A DNA stretch of 63,238 nt, counting the filler, from Salisapilia sapeloensis CBS 127946 (lineage: Eukaryota; Protista; Oomycota), in the NCBI GenBank assembly GCA_023334545.1. It is 10 parts of 10 records of this genome, joined end to end, with 100 filler letters (N's around TTAATTAATTAA, not from the genome) between each part and the next. Parts side by side here need not be neighbours in the genome. Positions count along the whole stretch, not along the records: positions 1 to 16,785 come from JAADVB010000348.1; positions 16,886 to 28,928 come from JAADVB010000420.1; 8 more parts are not named here. One strand, given 5' to 3'. The stretch's first letter is position 1. Each line of letters opens with the position of its first letter. Below the pieces are notes generated by a model, which worked only from the letters and a program-made list of their open reading frames with translations, did not search any database and was not told the DNA's origin. The translations under genes were made by a program, and so were the position numbers. This document shows, piece by piece, positions 11,011 to 22,135 of this stretch.

Positions 11011-11987
11011 TTCATGGCAACATGGTTCGATGTAGTTTGACGACTAGTCTGATAAATTGTATGCATCATGTGCTTTTTGTATACAAGAGGTTTGCATTTA
11101 CTACATTTCACCCACGGATAAGCATGATAACAGTGTCCTTTGTTGGATTGTACGACGGGATGTGGTTCAAAAGGCTTTCAGGATGCTTTATAAGATTATA
11201 ATGCTTAAACATTTATAAGCTTATCATTGTTGGACGAATCCAGTGGGCTCATGGTGTCTGCATTCCTAGCTTCTACATCATACAACTAAAATGTGATCTA
11301 TGCAACTGATGTGCACAACAGAGTAGAGAATCAATTATAAGCACTTGATAGAAACTTGACCTAGCCGCCTATTATCCAGGTCGCATGAAATGTGTTTAAA
11401 GCTGTGCTGGTCTATATGAAAGCAACGCCTCTGAAGAGCGTAGCCAAAAGTGGTTTCTAGTAATTTAGCTTTGCGGATACGAAAGTTAATATTAAGCGTG
11501 AGTTTTACTATTCATTGATGACCATGTGTCACGTAAGAAATCATGAGCATCTCATAATGCTAATTTGTTGCGTCGATGCAAGAGAGAAAGACCTCATTGA
11601 CGCCATTAAGTAAGACGAAAGTATCATTAATTGTCTCTAGTACGTAAATACAAAGCTTAGGACGACTGAAGTACTCGAGATAAACTAGATGCCTGTTGTG
11701 TATATTGCTAAGTAAGGTGCATACTTAGAGGCAGATAGAGAAGAGTCCGTGCAAACAGAAGCATGCAATGGACTTGCACTGCATAGTCCTTCAAGATTAC
11801 TCTACAGGGAAAGAGTGGTAACCTGGACCTCATGCTAACTAACGGATAATAGCGACGAGCAGCGAGTAGTGCATGTGACTCTAGTCCATGCCGCTACGTT
11901 CAAGACAGATCTAGTACCGAAGAAACAAAGAATAACAAAGAAAAGCATACAAATGTTTGAATAACAACAGATAAAGGTTCTATCATG

Positions 11988-12830
11988 TTATTTCCGCTCC
12001 AGCACAGATTCTATCAATTCTTTTAACCGTTCGTGCTCAGCTTTCCTCTCCCTCTCTCGTTCAAGACGACGTTCTTCCGCCTCTTCCTTTCGAAACTGAC
12101 GCTCTTGTTGAAGCTGCTCACTTAACATCTCCCGGAAAGATTCCGTCACTTCCGCTTGTGACTCTAGAATCTGCTGTACAAATGACTGCATCATGTCTGC
12201 ATCCACATATCTCTTTCGAGACCTTCGCTTCACCTGTATACATCAACAAGAACGTTAGTTCTCTCTTGAGTGATTACAGTAGACAAACAGTACCTGCCCA
12301 TCTTCTCCCTGCTCCTCCTCTGTCTCTTCTCCGTCTTCCATATCCGAGCTCGTTCTCTTCCGTGGTCTATTCGGCCGCCGAGTACTCCTTCTCCCGTCTT
12401 TTGTGTGTCCAGCGCCACGCATCATTCCCATGAGCTCTTCCAGCAGGTCGTACTGATTCGGCTGAACATTCGCATTCTCCGGATCTGGTTTCAATTTCAA
12501 CGTTGCTCCCTTCCGATGGCTATGTAGCAGTGCGTGGAAACGTTGTTGGCAGGATTTGCCCGTCGTTTCCATATCAAAGTCTTCATTGGCATTCAAGTCG
12601 GCGGCGATGCGTTCCCACTCGGACATCATCGTCCCAAAGGGCGCATTAAATGGAGCATTATGGCGCACTTGTAAGAGCAGCTGGATGTCTTGCTTTGGAC
12701 CAAATCGCTTTTGAAGGTATGGCTTGGCTCTCTCCGTATGCACCTTTATCTTCTCTTCCATCGCACTCGGATTTCGTCGTCCAGCTCGTTGTGTCGAGCG
12801 TGGTACACCGGTGGCGATTTGGTGGTACAT
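11988..12830 (-). CDS. Myb/SANT-like (MADF/trihelix-type) protein with a C-terminal charged coiled coil; 2 exons (intron 12293-12234); start 12830 or 12761
   Basis: KRFGPKQDIQLLLQV...W..IA..L...GKSCQQRFHALL resembles Myb/SANT-like helices. The tail ERQFRKEEAEERRLERERERKAEHERLKEL is a coiled coil. Confidence 0.65.
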
Positions 12831-12852
12831 TTACACAATAATCGGACACGAA

Positions 12853-14477
12853 ATGTCGCGAGGGCAAGTGCGGCGGAAGACACCGTCATTGGGACAGGAA
12901 ATGCACGACAGGAACCGATATAAACATTCTCCACCGGATTTTTATGCACTCGGAAAGAAATATGCCGATTTTCAAGCTTAGTATGTAAATTATGACTAGA
13001 TTTGTTGAGCTGGGAGACTAATGTGAGATGATTAGCTTGATGCAGGTCGATGATGTACGCCAACAAGCGTCCGTCAATTGGAGTGATCCGTACGCAGTTC
13101 GGTAATTGATGAATTCATTTGTCTATTAACTAGCTTTATTGATGCGATGGTAGAGAATTAACACGAACTCTTCTTCATAACGATTTCGGTCTCGACTGGA
13201 CCATTCCCATTGATCGCTTATGTCCTTCTGTAAGTACATTGAAAAGTCATTTATTCTAAAGTATATGCTTATGTCCGTATTATATCAAGTAGCTGACTTC
13301 TCGACTGAACTACATCCACTGGATTGAGGATTTGTTGTCTCTCGCCAGCATCCAGTGGAACGGCAATGACCAAACTATTAGAGGTATCGATATTGGTACA
13401 GGAGCAAGTTGCATCTACGCACTTCTTGGAGCTAAGATGAACGGCTGGCATTTCATTGGAACAGAGGTAGATGCCGTCTCTATGGCGTCAGCACATCAAA
13501 ATGTCCTTCGAAACAACTTGGAGCATCAAATCCAAATTCTCCAAGCATCAGAAGATACTCTTCTAGATAATGTTTTACCGACTGATCGGATGTATCAGTT
13601 TGTAATGTGCAACCCTCCCTTCTTTGACACAGAAGAAGAGGCCGATACGAACCCAGATAAGTGCTGCATGGGCAGCAAACGTGAAATGACGTGTCCTGGT
13701 GGCGACCTAGCTTTCATCCGTAAGATGATTGACGAAAGCTTTAAGCTGCAATCCACAGTGGTCTGGTTCACATCGCTCGTTGGCAGAAAAGCTAGTTTAC
13801 GTCCTCTGTTAGCTTTGCTAAGAGAGAAGCAAGTACCTACTATGTGTACAACTGAGTTCATGCAAGGTCGAACGAAAAGATGGGGAATTGCGTGGTCATT
13901 TCGAACGAACATACGCGTGCATGGAATGGTATGCTCTCTACAATATTGAGGTCATTTGATGTACTAATTCCATATGAATATATAGCCGAAAGTATTGGGG
14001 AAGAGGAAAGAGGCGCATCGCAGACAAGAAGTTGCTTTCCATGTGCCGGATCAGAACGCGTCAGGTATGTGCGTTTATGATGAATACGAAAGATATATAT
14101 CATGTGATTGATGGTATTTTATAGCTACGGATGGTTGTAAATCTATGTCGGAAGTTGTCGACCGTGCTCTAGCATTTGCTGAAGAAAAGAATATGGTGGC
14201 GCTTACAGATGCTGAAAGCGATGGAAATGAATCGATAATGCGAATACTGAGAATGTGCTGTATTGATTCATCCACTTCAAGTGCTAAAGAAAGCGCTGTG
14301 GCTGCTCAAGGTCGAGTAGATATCATGAAAGCTGAAGGTGGAGGCTTTAGCGTGATCGTTCACTATGGGGAAGGTGACCGGGCTGCTTTTTGGGAAGTAG
14401 CTGAACAACTTAAGGCGAACATCCTTCGTACTGGTCGGCGTTGGCGACGGAAGCAGCAGCAAAAGGTTGCTAAGTAA
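12853..14477 (+). CDS. METTL16: U6 snRNA m6A methyltransferase METTL16/RlmF family, multi-exon
   Basis: N-terminal MHDRNRYKHSPPDFYAL, then DFGLDWTIPIDRLCP, RLNYIHWIEDLL, GIDIGTGASCIYALLG, MCNPPFF, WFTSLVGRK and QGRTKRWGIAWSF. Confidence 0.9.
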
Positions 14478-15089
14478 ACTGTAGCTCATGCATAGACAGC
14501 AACGCGTATTCACGACCTCCACTATTCCTACTTCATTGCCCATCGCTCTTTTGCTTGCATTAATAAAGGAAGAAATATCATTGCTTTCTTTCATTGCCGT
14601 GGATGACTGCAGACTCTTATACTTCTTTATATTATAGTTTAAATGATTTAGATGAGGCGATATTAAGCCAAGCATTCTCGATATCACAACTTAGTAATGA
14701 AATCGTATTGTGCATTCGAATGAAATTATTAAACCGATTCGTAAGTAAATGCAAAACGCTCAGACAATCTAACGAATACCTTTTTGGCTAATGTGTTCAT
14801 GAAGTACAGATTTTGACCAATGTATTCCACCTCTTTATGTTGTATTTTCACACTTTATAGCATGCTGTATTCCATAGCATCAGTACCTAGAATATCGTAG
14901 AGAGAGGTTACTAATAGTCAAAGAGACTGTGCTGGAAAGAGGTATGGTATCTTCGCTCTGAATTCTCAACATTAGTTGCTGTATTAAAGACGCCCCATGA
15001 ACCAAGGTCAGAGAGTATGAATACTAAGCTCGGTTCTTCCCACGATTTATATGTAACCATATTATTTAGCCAGACTTAAGATACGATGC

Positions 15090-16058
15090 TCAACCGTCGC
15101 TACCACTGTCGTCCAGACCAAGCTCGGCCGCTTGATTGATGAAGTCCCTAACAACATCGACTCTTGTGTAGACCATTCTTCTCTTTCCATCACAGGCATC
15201 CGGTGCCCAGGATGCTATACCAATCAGTTTTCTGTCCTGAATTAACGGTCCACCATCATCTCCTCTGCATATTTGTGGTCCATCCTCGCCTACGTCGTCA
15301 CCTTGACTTTGCACACAAAGGTGATTATCGGTAACTTTATATTTTCGGGTCGACCAAGGTTTCCAGCGGTTCAGAATAAACTTGCATTCGTCTACATCGA
15401 CTAGCTTTAATTCTTTGCCTCGAAGAAGCTCATGCGACAACAATGAATTTGTGTAGTATGATCCCCATCCATAGACGTTAGCTTGGTTATTCTCGTTCAA
15501 ATCAACTTCAAGCTCACGAAGTCCTATGTACCTACGCCTTCGATGATTTGGCACTTCGTCTTCAAGTCTGATGACAGCAACATCGTATGCAAGCGTATAG
15601 GTACTAAAATCTTGATGCAAATGCACTGCGTTCGCAAGGATGGTTCTTCCTTTGTAATCGGCGTTGTCCGAAAACTTAGAGCCCACAGTCACAGTAACGG
15701 GTGGTAACTTTTTTCGTGGGGCCTTATTGTTAAGGACGCAATGTGCAGCAGTCACAACAGCATCCGGAGCTATTAGAGATCCAGTGCAAGCTCCTTCCTC
15801 ACCATTTTTAAACATTGCTTTCACAAAAACCACGTACGTAGCCTCACCATTGCCGACCACTTCGCCTTTGAAGATACGATTTTCTTCTGCTGTCGACATA
15901 TTCAGATCGAGAGGAGTGGAAGTATTGTATGAGTCATGGAAGTTGGCTCCAAATGCGATACAGTCGGAGACGAAAGATGTCAGCCAAAGGCATATTAAGA
16001 AACATGTCAAAGATATCATGGAAGTGATGAGGAGGAAGCAAACTCGAAACTGGAGCAA
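15090..16058 (-). CDS. Secreted/anchored trypsin-fold serine protease homologue lacking the catalytic Ser
   Basis: Hydrophobic N-terminus, CTGSLI, TAAHC and YDVAVIRL are present, but the active-site motif reads CRGDDGGP instead of GDSGGP. Confidence 0.85.
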   Translation of the reverse strand: MLQFRVCFLLITSMISLTCFLICLWLTSFVSDCIAFGANFHDSYNTSTPLDLNMSTAEENRIFKGEVVGNGEATYVVFVKAMFKNGEEGACTGSLIAPDAVVTAAHCVLNNKAPRKKLPPVTVTVGSKFSDNADYKGRTILANAVHLHQDFSTYTLAYDVAVIRLEDEVPNHRRRRYIGLRELEVDLNENNQANVYGWGSYYTNSLLSHELLRGKELKLVDVDECKFILNRWKPWSTRKYKVTDNHLCVQSQGDDVGEDGPQICRGDDGGPLIQDRKLIGIASWAPDACDGKRRMVYTRVDVVRDFINQAAELGLDDSGSDG

Positions 16059-16785
16059 CTAGAGTGACGGCAAGCGTTACCTGTTATCCGGGATGGCAGT
16101 GCTTATATGCGCATACCTCGGTATTCGAATTGGCATATCGTCGGTGTACAAAGTGAAGATCCAGACACTGAACATGGAAGCGCATTTGTGTCATGCACAA
16201 GTGAGTATGTTAATCGTCGAAACTCTTCTGGTCTTCTTGACTTGTTATTCGGTACTAGTCATATTGGTGTAAAGCGACTTTCTATTTCCATCAAAACTTT
16301 GCAAGTTACTTGCTATTTATTTGCTGTTCCATCCTCAGGAACATTCCAATCGGCCAAAGTTGTCAGGTTACTTCTTTCTGCATTGGCTTCCGACGCGTGA
16401 TCAGAACATAGGCGCCATTCTTTTATTTACACAAAGCCCATGCGAAGTCAATTTCCACCGAAAACGCCATGACGGCTGAAGGTAACAAGAAATTGCAGTA
16501 CAGATCTAGCTCGTTACCATCCACTGATGGCGCTTTTGCTGCTCACACATTGCCCTTTGATTCCTATCTCTCATGACAGCTTTCTCATCAAAAAGAGGAA
16601 CACCGGTAACTTGGACGATTTAAAAGCAAATGGATTGGTAAATTGAAGCTAGCTTCCAAACCAAAGTCAAAGCCTAGTCTGCTCCACACCAAAGGTGAAT
16701 CATACGTGCATGAGTCATGCCTCATAAAGTTAAATCAAGTAGACCGAAGATGATGGTATGAGTTTCCATCTTCGAAAGCATTGTA

Positions 16786-16885
16786 NNNNNNNNNNNNNNN
16801 NNNNNNNNNNNNNNNNNNNNNNNNNNNNNTTAATTAATTAANNNNNNNNNNNNNNNNNNNNNNNNNNNNNNNNNNNNNNNNNNNN
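16786..16885. other. Assembly gap spacer 1 (N44-TTAATTAATTAA-N44)
   Basis: Fixed 100-nt linker with stop codons in all six frames. Confidence 0.97.
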
Positions 16886-16999
16886 ATCATTGGCTATAGA
16901 CGTTCTGAGGTTCAAACTCATTATATGAACTTGACCGAATGCGGCTTCGGTCACACGAAGAAGCGCAATAATGGTGATGAGAAACGCTTTGAGGTCCAT
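16886..16999 (-). CDS. 5' end of a second copy of the secreted EEP gene, truncated by gap 1
   Basis: 16886-17004 is identical to 18736-18854 and includes the ATG and signal-peptide coding sequence. Confidence 0.75.
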
Positions 17000-17896
17000 C
17001 TTGCCAATAGAGGAATGAAGTGCTATGGGCTAAATCGAGCGGTGTTCACATTCTGTGTCATCTTGCGTTACTCTGCTGGGAATAGATCAAGAGGATATGA
17101 AACGCCACAAACTTGCCCACGAAGCTGCTTTTCATAAATCCAGATCCTGCAGTCAGCAGCAGCGTATACACTTCTTGCTACAAACTTGAAGTCAGCTAAA
17201 GTAAGATCGTATCTAATTCCCGACTTATGGCTGGAATATGACTTTGATCAAGGAGCAGTGCAAATGAAAGCACCCCACATATAAGCGATTACACATATAA
17301 AACGTTACGTACATCAGTCATTCCTACCAAAACCAATTTTATATAAAGAAGTTTGATGGACTACGGGAGTAAAAGTTGGACATTCGGCGTTTGATATTAA
17401 ACAGACGAGAAATCCAAATCGAAGCTGGAATGAACACTAGTCGTCAGTCTGTTCATAGCTTCGAAGTGAGCAGACTCAGTTGCTTTGATTCCTACTTTGC
17501 TTCGAAAAGCGATGCAAGTTGTCGTTTAAAGAGTCACTTTTCTGCTTAAAATTAATTTGAACTACCACGGAAGGTTACTCGAATTTATATTAAGCTCAAG
17601 CAAGGTTACAGTCTAGGTAGAGTTTTGGTCACTTCGATTTTTATATTATCTTCATGTAGCTTTATAAAGTCTTCCTAGACCATTAATCCATTGTAGCTTT
17701 AAACCATATCACCACGACATGCTAAATTGCTCGTGGTGCGAGCGGCAACTATTTGTGAGCTAGTACAAACCCATTTATCAAAACTAATAAAGAAGTATAT
17801 GTTTAAGTACTGAAAATAAAACATCAAATCATATAGTCGAAGTCAAATCTTCAAGTCATGACATTTGAACAAAGTTTTTCTTAACCTGGTATCACC

Positions 17897-18849
17897 CTAA
17901 CGAATACATCCACTACACCACGCACCAAGGCAGAAAGTAGAGTGAACTACGGCATGGTCGGAAACTGAATAGCCATCAAAAGTATCAGTGATAATCCCTC
18001 CTCCCAATAGACACGAGTTTTGATCATCGCGTGCTAAAACGTAGTCCAGCTTCGAACCAGTGGGTCTGTTCCCGTACGAACCGCCAATATACGTAGGTCC
18101 TCCAGCACCAGCAGCCGTGAGGGACTGGTATAATGGAATCGGTGTATAGCGACCATTGTACATGTACTCCCCACGTAAGTACCTAATTGATCCTTCCTCA
18201 GGTGGAGCATTTAGATCTCCAGTCATAAAGACAGCATCTGTGGTAGCACAGATATCCTCTAGACGATCAGCTACTAAAACGGAGGATTTATCGTGACCAC
18301 GACTGACATCATAATGGGTGTTGAGGAGGCAAACGACCGATCCGCTTCCAATATCCAAAAAACGAGCAACCGTTGCTACGCGAAGATATTCAAGTCCCCA
18401 TCCGTTGGAGCCCAAAGACTCCGGCGTGTCACTCTGTAAATTGCAAGGTTTCCATGTCAATAATGAGTATACGCACTGAAAGTAGTAAGGAAGCTTACCA
18501 AAGCGAACGTATAGCCATTAATATAAGTCCATGTCAGCGGGTTGTAAAAGATGGCTGGACGTTCGTTCCACGTGCAATCTCCAGCACATTCACCAAACAT
18601 AGCCCAGCCCAGACTCCGCAGATAGTCCGTTTGATCTGGTGCGCCTTCTTGTGTACCAATGAAGTCCGGATTGTACTTCTCCAGCAATCGGCGAACACGG
18701 TCTCGGCGTTGTCCCCAGCAGCCAGAAGGACAGGGATCATTGGCTATAGACGTTCTGAGGTTCAAACTCATTATATGAACTTGACCGAATGCGGCTTCGG
18801 TCACACGAAGAAGCGCAATAATGGTGATGAGAAACGCTTTGAGGTCCAT
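17897..18849 (-). CDS. Secreted endonuclease/exonuclease/phosphatase (EEP) family protein, 2 exons: 18849-18499 and 18433-17897
   Basis: Signal peptide MDLKAFLITIIALLRVTEA followed by MSLNLR, GTQEG, NTHYD, TGDLN, LDYV and SDHAVV, the EEP catalytic motifs. Confidence 0.88.
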
Positions 18850-19458
18850 CTTGCAAGTCGAAAAATGAATTGTGAAAGAGAAAGCATAGCGAGATGTGTT
18901 GCCCGCATATCTCTTGAAGTACTCCACCGGGAAAAGATGGCTAGAACTAGATCAAGAGGATGTGCAAAGACAAAAATCTATGCGTATAACGTATCCTCCT
19001 ACGCCCGAAAGCTTCCATTAGATGCACCCCAAATTCTTTTTGTCGCGCGCTTCAAGTAAAACAGGCCAAAGACGGGGAGATCAACTTGGATGACATAGCT
19101 AAAATCTGATAACCCGACATTTGGCTATATCGTGGTAGATCTGAGTTTCCATAAGTTTGTTGAACTTGATCTGAACAACATCGTCCATTCATGCTTCAGT
19201 ACGACAAGTCCTTTACGTAGTTTCGCTAATTTAGAAAAATAAGACGTGAACTTCCGACACGAACGCATCCCACCACCGATATTTTTTCAAAAATGCATAA
19301 ATCGTTATCAGAAAGTTTCTGGCATGGGATTATGTGTGGGTTACCAGTAAATGGTCATGCAAACGAAACACCCACGTTATATCGACATGTGGATAGTAAA
19401 TAGTAGTCAGGCTTTATAAGCATTCACACTATCTTTTTGTCGTCTGGGACAGCGTGTT

Positions 19459-21759
19459 ATGAGCAAGATAGGACCGTCAGAAAGAAAGTCGATCAAGGCG
19501 GAGAACCGAAAGCTATTCGGAGCGTATATCCTTCACCCGGTGGATCGTCAAATGAAAGGCATGAAGAACCAAGCGACCATCCTTCTCAAGTTGATCACAT
19601 CTTGCGACGTTCAGACACCATTGGCACTGTACCTGTCAAAGAGAACATTAAGAATTGGCTGGGCAGTCATTTTGTTCTTTCATTCCTTCAACGCCCTTTA
19701 CTCTTGTGGGCTGGCCTATTTGTATGTTTATATGGCCAGACCAGAGATGGAGTACTACGCAAGTCTTGTACAAATGATGCCACAAGAACATTACATCGGT
19801 TTGGTACTTCTATATGCAGCTATCAGCGCACTGAACGTCTACTGCGCCACTGAGATGATACTTGTCAGTTTATGTAGACGTCAACTAGCGTTCAGACGTA
19901 GGACTGAGCACCGCGCCCCCAAAGTGGCATCAATGAAGAGTCAAAAAAGCTTTAGCACATCGTCGAGTACTTCGCGCACCAAGGATCGATGCAGTAAAAT
20001 GCTTTGGACATCGCTATTGTCAGCTCTCAAGGGATGCGTAAAATTTCTTCGGGATGTCATGCATGCATTTAGTGTACGAGGGCATTTGTTTGATGTCGCC
20101 CTGCTAGGAAGAGAGCTGACTGAAATTGGATCACAGACTTATCAAGCGTATTACTCTAGCATCCTCGTGAGTAAAATGTGGATGAACCAACTATTTGCTG
20201 CACTAATCTTTGCCAATTGCTTTGCAACTACTGCTGTTCATCGCATCAGTCATAATAATCCAGGCAGAAGCCGATTATGGTACACACTTATTGACTTGTT
20301 TCTGGACTTTGCATGGGGCTTTATCCTCCCGTCAAACATTATCTTTAACTACATCCCAAGTTACATTAGACACTACTACTCTTTCCCAGAAGACTTCTTT
20401 TATTCGGATACCACATTCACGCGTGCAATGTTGGAGTGTCAGCAATTCTTTATGATCTCCTGGGCAGATGCGTTCACAACTACATTACCATACATCAACA
20501 TGTTCTTAGGATTGCGGAATCTAAAGATCTTGCTACAGTTCGAAATCGAGGACATGCAGCTCCGGCCTTCCTCATGCCAAATTGTACCTGATACACTCAG
20601 AAGTGGCTATCCTCCAGATACAAATTCAAGCCAGAAAGCAAAGCAAGGTGATTCACGTGCGGCTGAGCCTGTAAAGCAAACATCTAGTCTCAGCAAAGAA
20701 GAAAGGAATGCACCAAAAGAAGGCCCCGTGGGACCATCAGTCTCCCCACGGCGACCAAAATGGTTTAAGCGTTGCACGAAAGGCGCTGGGATAATTATCC
20801 CATTATGTGGTAGTCTGGTATTGCTAACTTCGATTGTTGCATCTGGCGTATTCTTTGTGAACACAAGATGTGAGAGTGGTTGCAAACTGCGCATGTATCC
20901 GTGGTTCACTTCAGATTGTGCTTGTTCTGTGTTGGAGATTGACTGCTATAGTCGAGGCATCAGTGGTAACATGACAGAGATGCATGATGCTCTAAGTGGG
21001 CTAGAACCATACACGATGCGCTCTCTCATCGTCAGCCACTGTCCTGACCTCACCATGCCTGATGACATTCGTCGCTTTCATAATTTGATGGCGCTCGAAT
21101 TTTATAATTGCACCTTCCATGACTGGCCAGAGAGTGCTTCATTGTCGCTACCCTATGTGCCTCGACTGGGATATATTTATATTATCCGCTCCAGGATGGC
21201 AGCTTTACCGGAAGGCATAATTTCGGACTTGGCACCAAATGTTGTAGACATTGAGATTACATCGTCATTTATCGGCTCGATTCCCGATGATCTGGATGCA
21301 AGATGGCCGAATGTGCGAATGCTATACATTGAGCATTGTGGTCTGCTCGACATTCCTCAAGGAATAGCCAAAATGGAGCTCACAGACTTGTCTTTGGTCG
21401 GGAACGAGATTCTCGTATTTCCTCAAATCATTCCTGGAAGCAAGACGTGGATGTACGCGTACTTTGATCGGAATCCGATGCTAAACATCTTCGATTCCAC
21501 TGAGAGCTTACCCAATCTCAAAACACTATCCATTCAGAGAACGAGTATTTATGACTTGCCGCGCTTTCTGTGGATTCAGGCCGAAGCACAGACACAAGTG
21601 GATGCCTTTGGAACACCCATGTGCGACATATACGTCTATCTCGCGGAAGGAGGACTGCCTTTTACTTGTAACGTAGAGGATATTTACACGAGCAATGGTG
21701 TCTTTCCGCTAGCATACAAGGATAGTATACGAAACCTCACTCTTTCTTTGCACGAATAA
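19459..21759 (+). CDS. Multipass membrane protein with a C-terminal Cys-flanked leucine-rich-repeat region
   Basis: 766-aa ORF with several hydrophobic helices in aa ~60-470, a Cys cluster (CESGC..PWF..DCACSVLEIDC) and then LRR-like units (LPNLKTLSIQRTSIYDLP). Based on my recollection, this architecture is common in oomycetes. Confidence 0.75.
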   Translation: MSKIGPSERKSIKAENRKLFGAYILHPVDRQMKGMKNQATILLKLITSCDVQTPLALYLSKRTLRIGWAVILFFHSFNALYSCGLAYLYVYMARPEMEYYASLVQMMPQEHYIGLVLLYAAISALNVYCATEMILVSLCRRQLAFRRRTEHRAPKVASMKSQKSFSTSSSTSRTKDRCSKMLWTSLLSALKGCVKFLRDVMHAFSVRGHLFDVALLGRELTEIGSQTYQAYYSSILVSKMWMNQLFAALIFANCFATTAVHRISHNNPGRSRLWYTLIDLFLDFAWGFILPSNIIFNYIPSYIRHYYSFPEDFFYSDTTFTRAMLECQQFFMISWADAFTTTLPYINMFLGLRNLKILLQFEIEDMQLRPSSCQIVPDTLRSGYPPDTNSSQKAKQGDSRAAEPVKQTSSLSKEERNAPKEGPVGPSVSPRRPKWFKRCTKGAGIIIPLCGSLVLLTSIVASGVFFVNTRCESGCKLRMYPWFTSDCACSVLEIDCYSRGISGNMTEMHDALSGLEPYTMRSLIVSHCPDLTMPDDIRRFHNLMALEFYNCTFHDWPESASLSLPYVPRLGYIYIIRSRMAALPEGIISDLAPNVVDIEITSSFIGSIPDDLDARWPNVRMLYIEHCGLLDIPQGIAKMELTDLSLVGNEILVFPQIIPGSKTWMYAYFDRNPMLNIFDSTESLPNLKTLSIQRTSIYDLPRFLWIQAEAQTQVDAFGTPMCDIYVYLAEGGLPFTCNVEDIYTSNGVFPLAYKDSIRNLTLSLHE

Positions 21760-22135
21760 ATTTGCGTGTTTTATACAGACATTGATCTACTAGCCGTCTT
21801 TTATTCGAATGAGCGCATGAAAGCGATCAAAGTCTCATGTCATCTCGACTTCTAGTAAACTTCAATAACGAACATGGCTACAGCCAATCAAGAATATAGT
21901 AGTTCTATTCTCCTGCCACTAGATTTATAGTGTCTTCCTCACATTATGTACTGTAAGACAAGAACAATTCACTTTGCAAAGCATCGGATGACATGACTTC
22001 ACACGCTTTCTTTAGATGATGCGTAAGCGTGCATCAATCCGAATACTGGCTTCGGATTGACTCATAAGGTCCAATCAAATTCGACGCTACAAATTACAGG
22101 CTGACGCCGATCACAATTTTGTTAAATCGCTCCGA

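Noticed and set aside
16830-16841. Palindromic TTAATTAATTAA repeated nine times in the window
   Set aside because: Always centred in a fixed N44/N44 block. It is an artificial six-frame-stop scaffold linker, not biology.
18373-19059. 228-aa plus-strand ORF over the EEP gene
   Set aside because: Antisense to a well-supported secreted EEP gene, with no domain signal.
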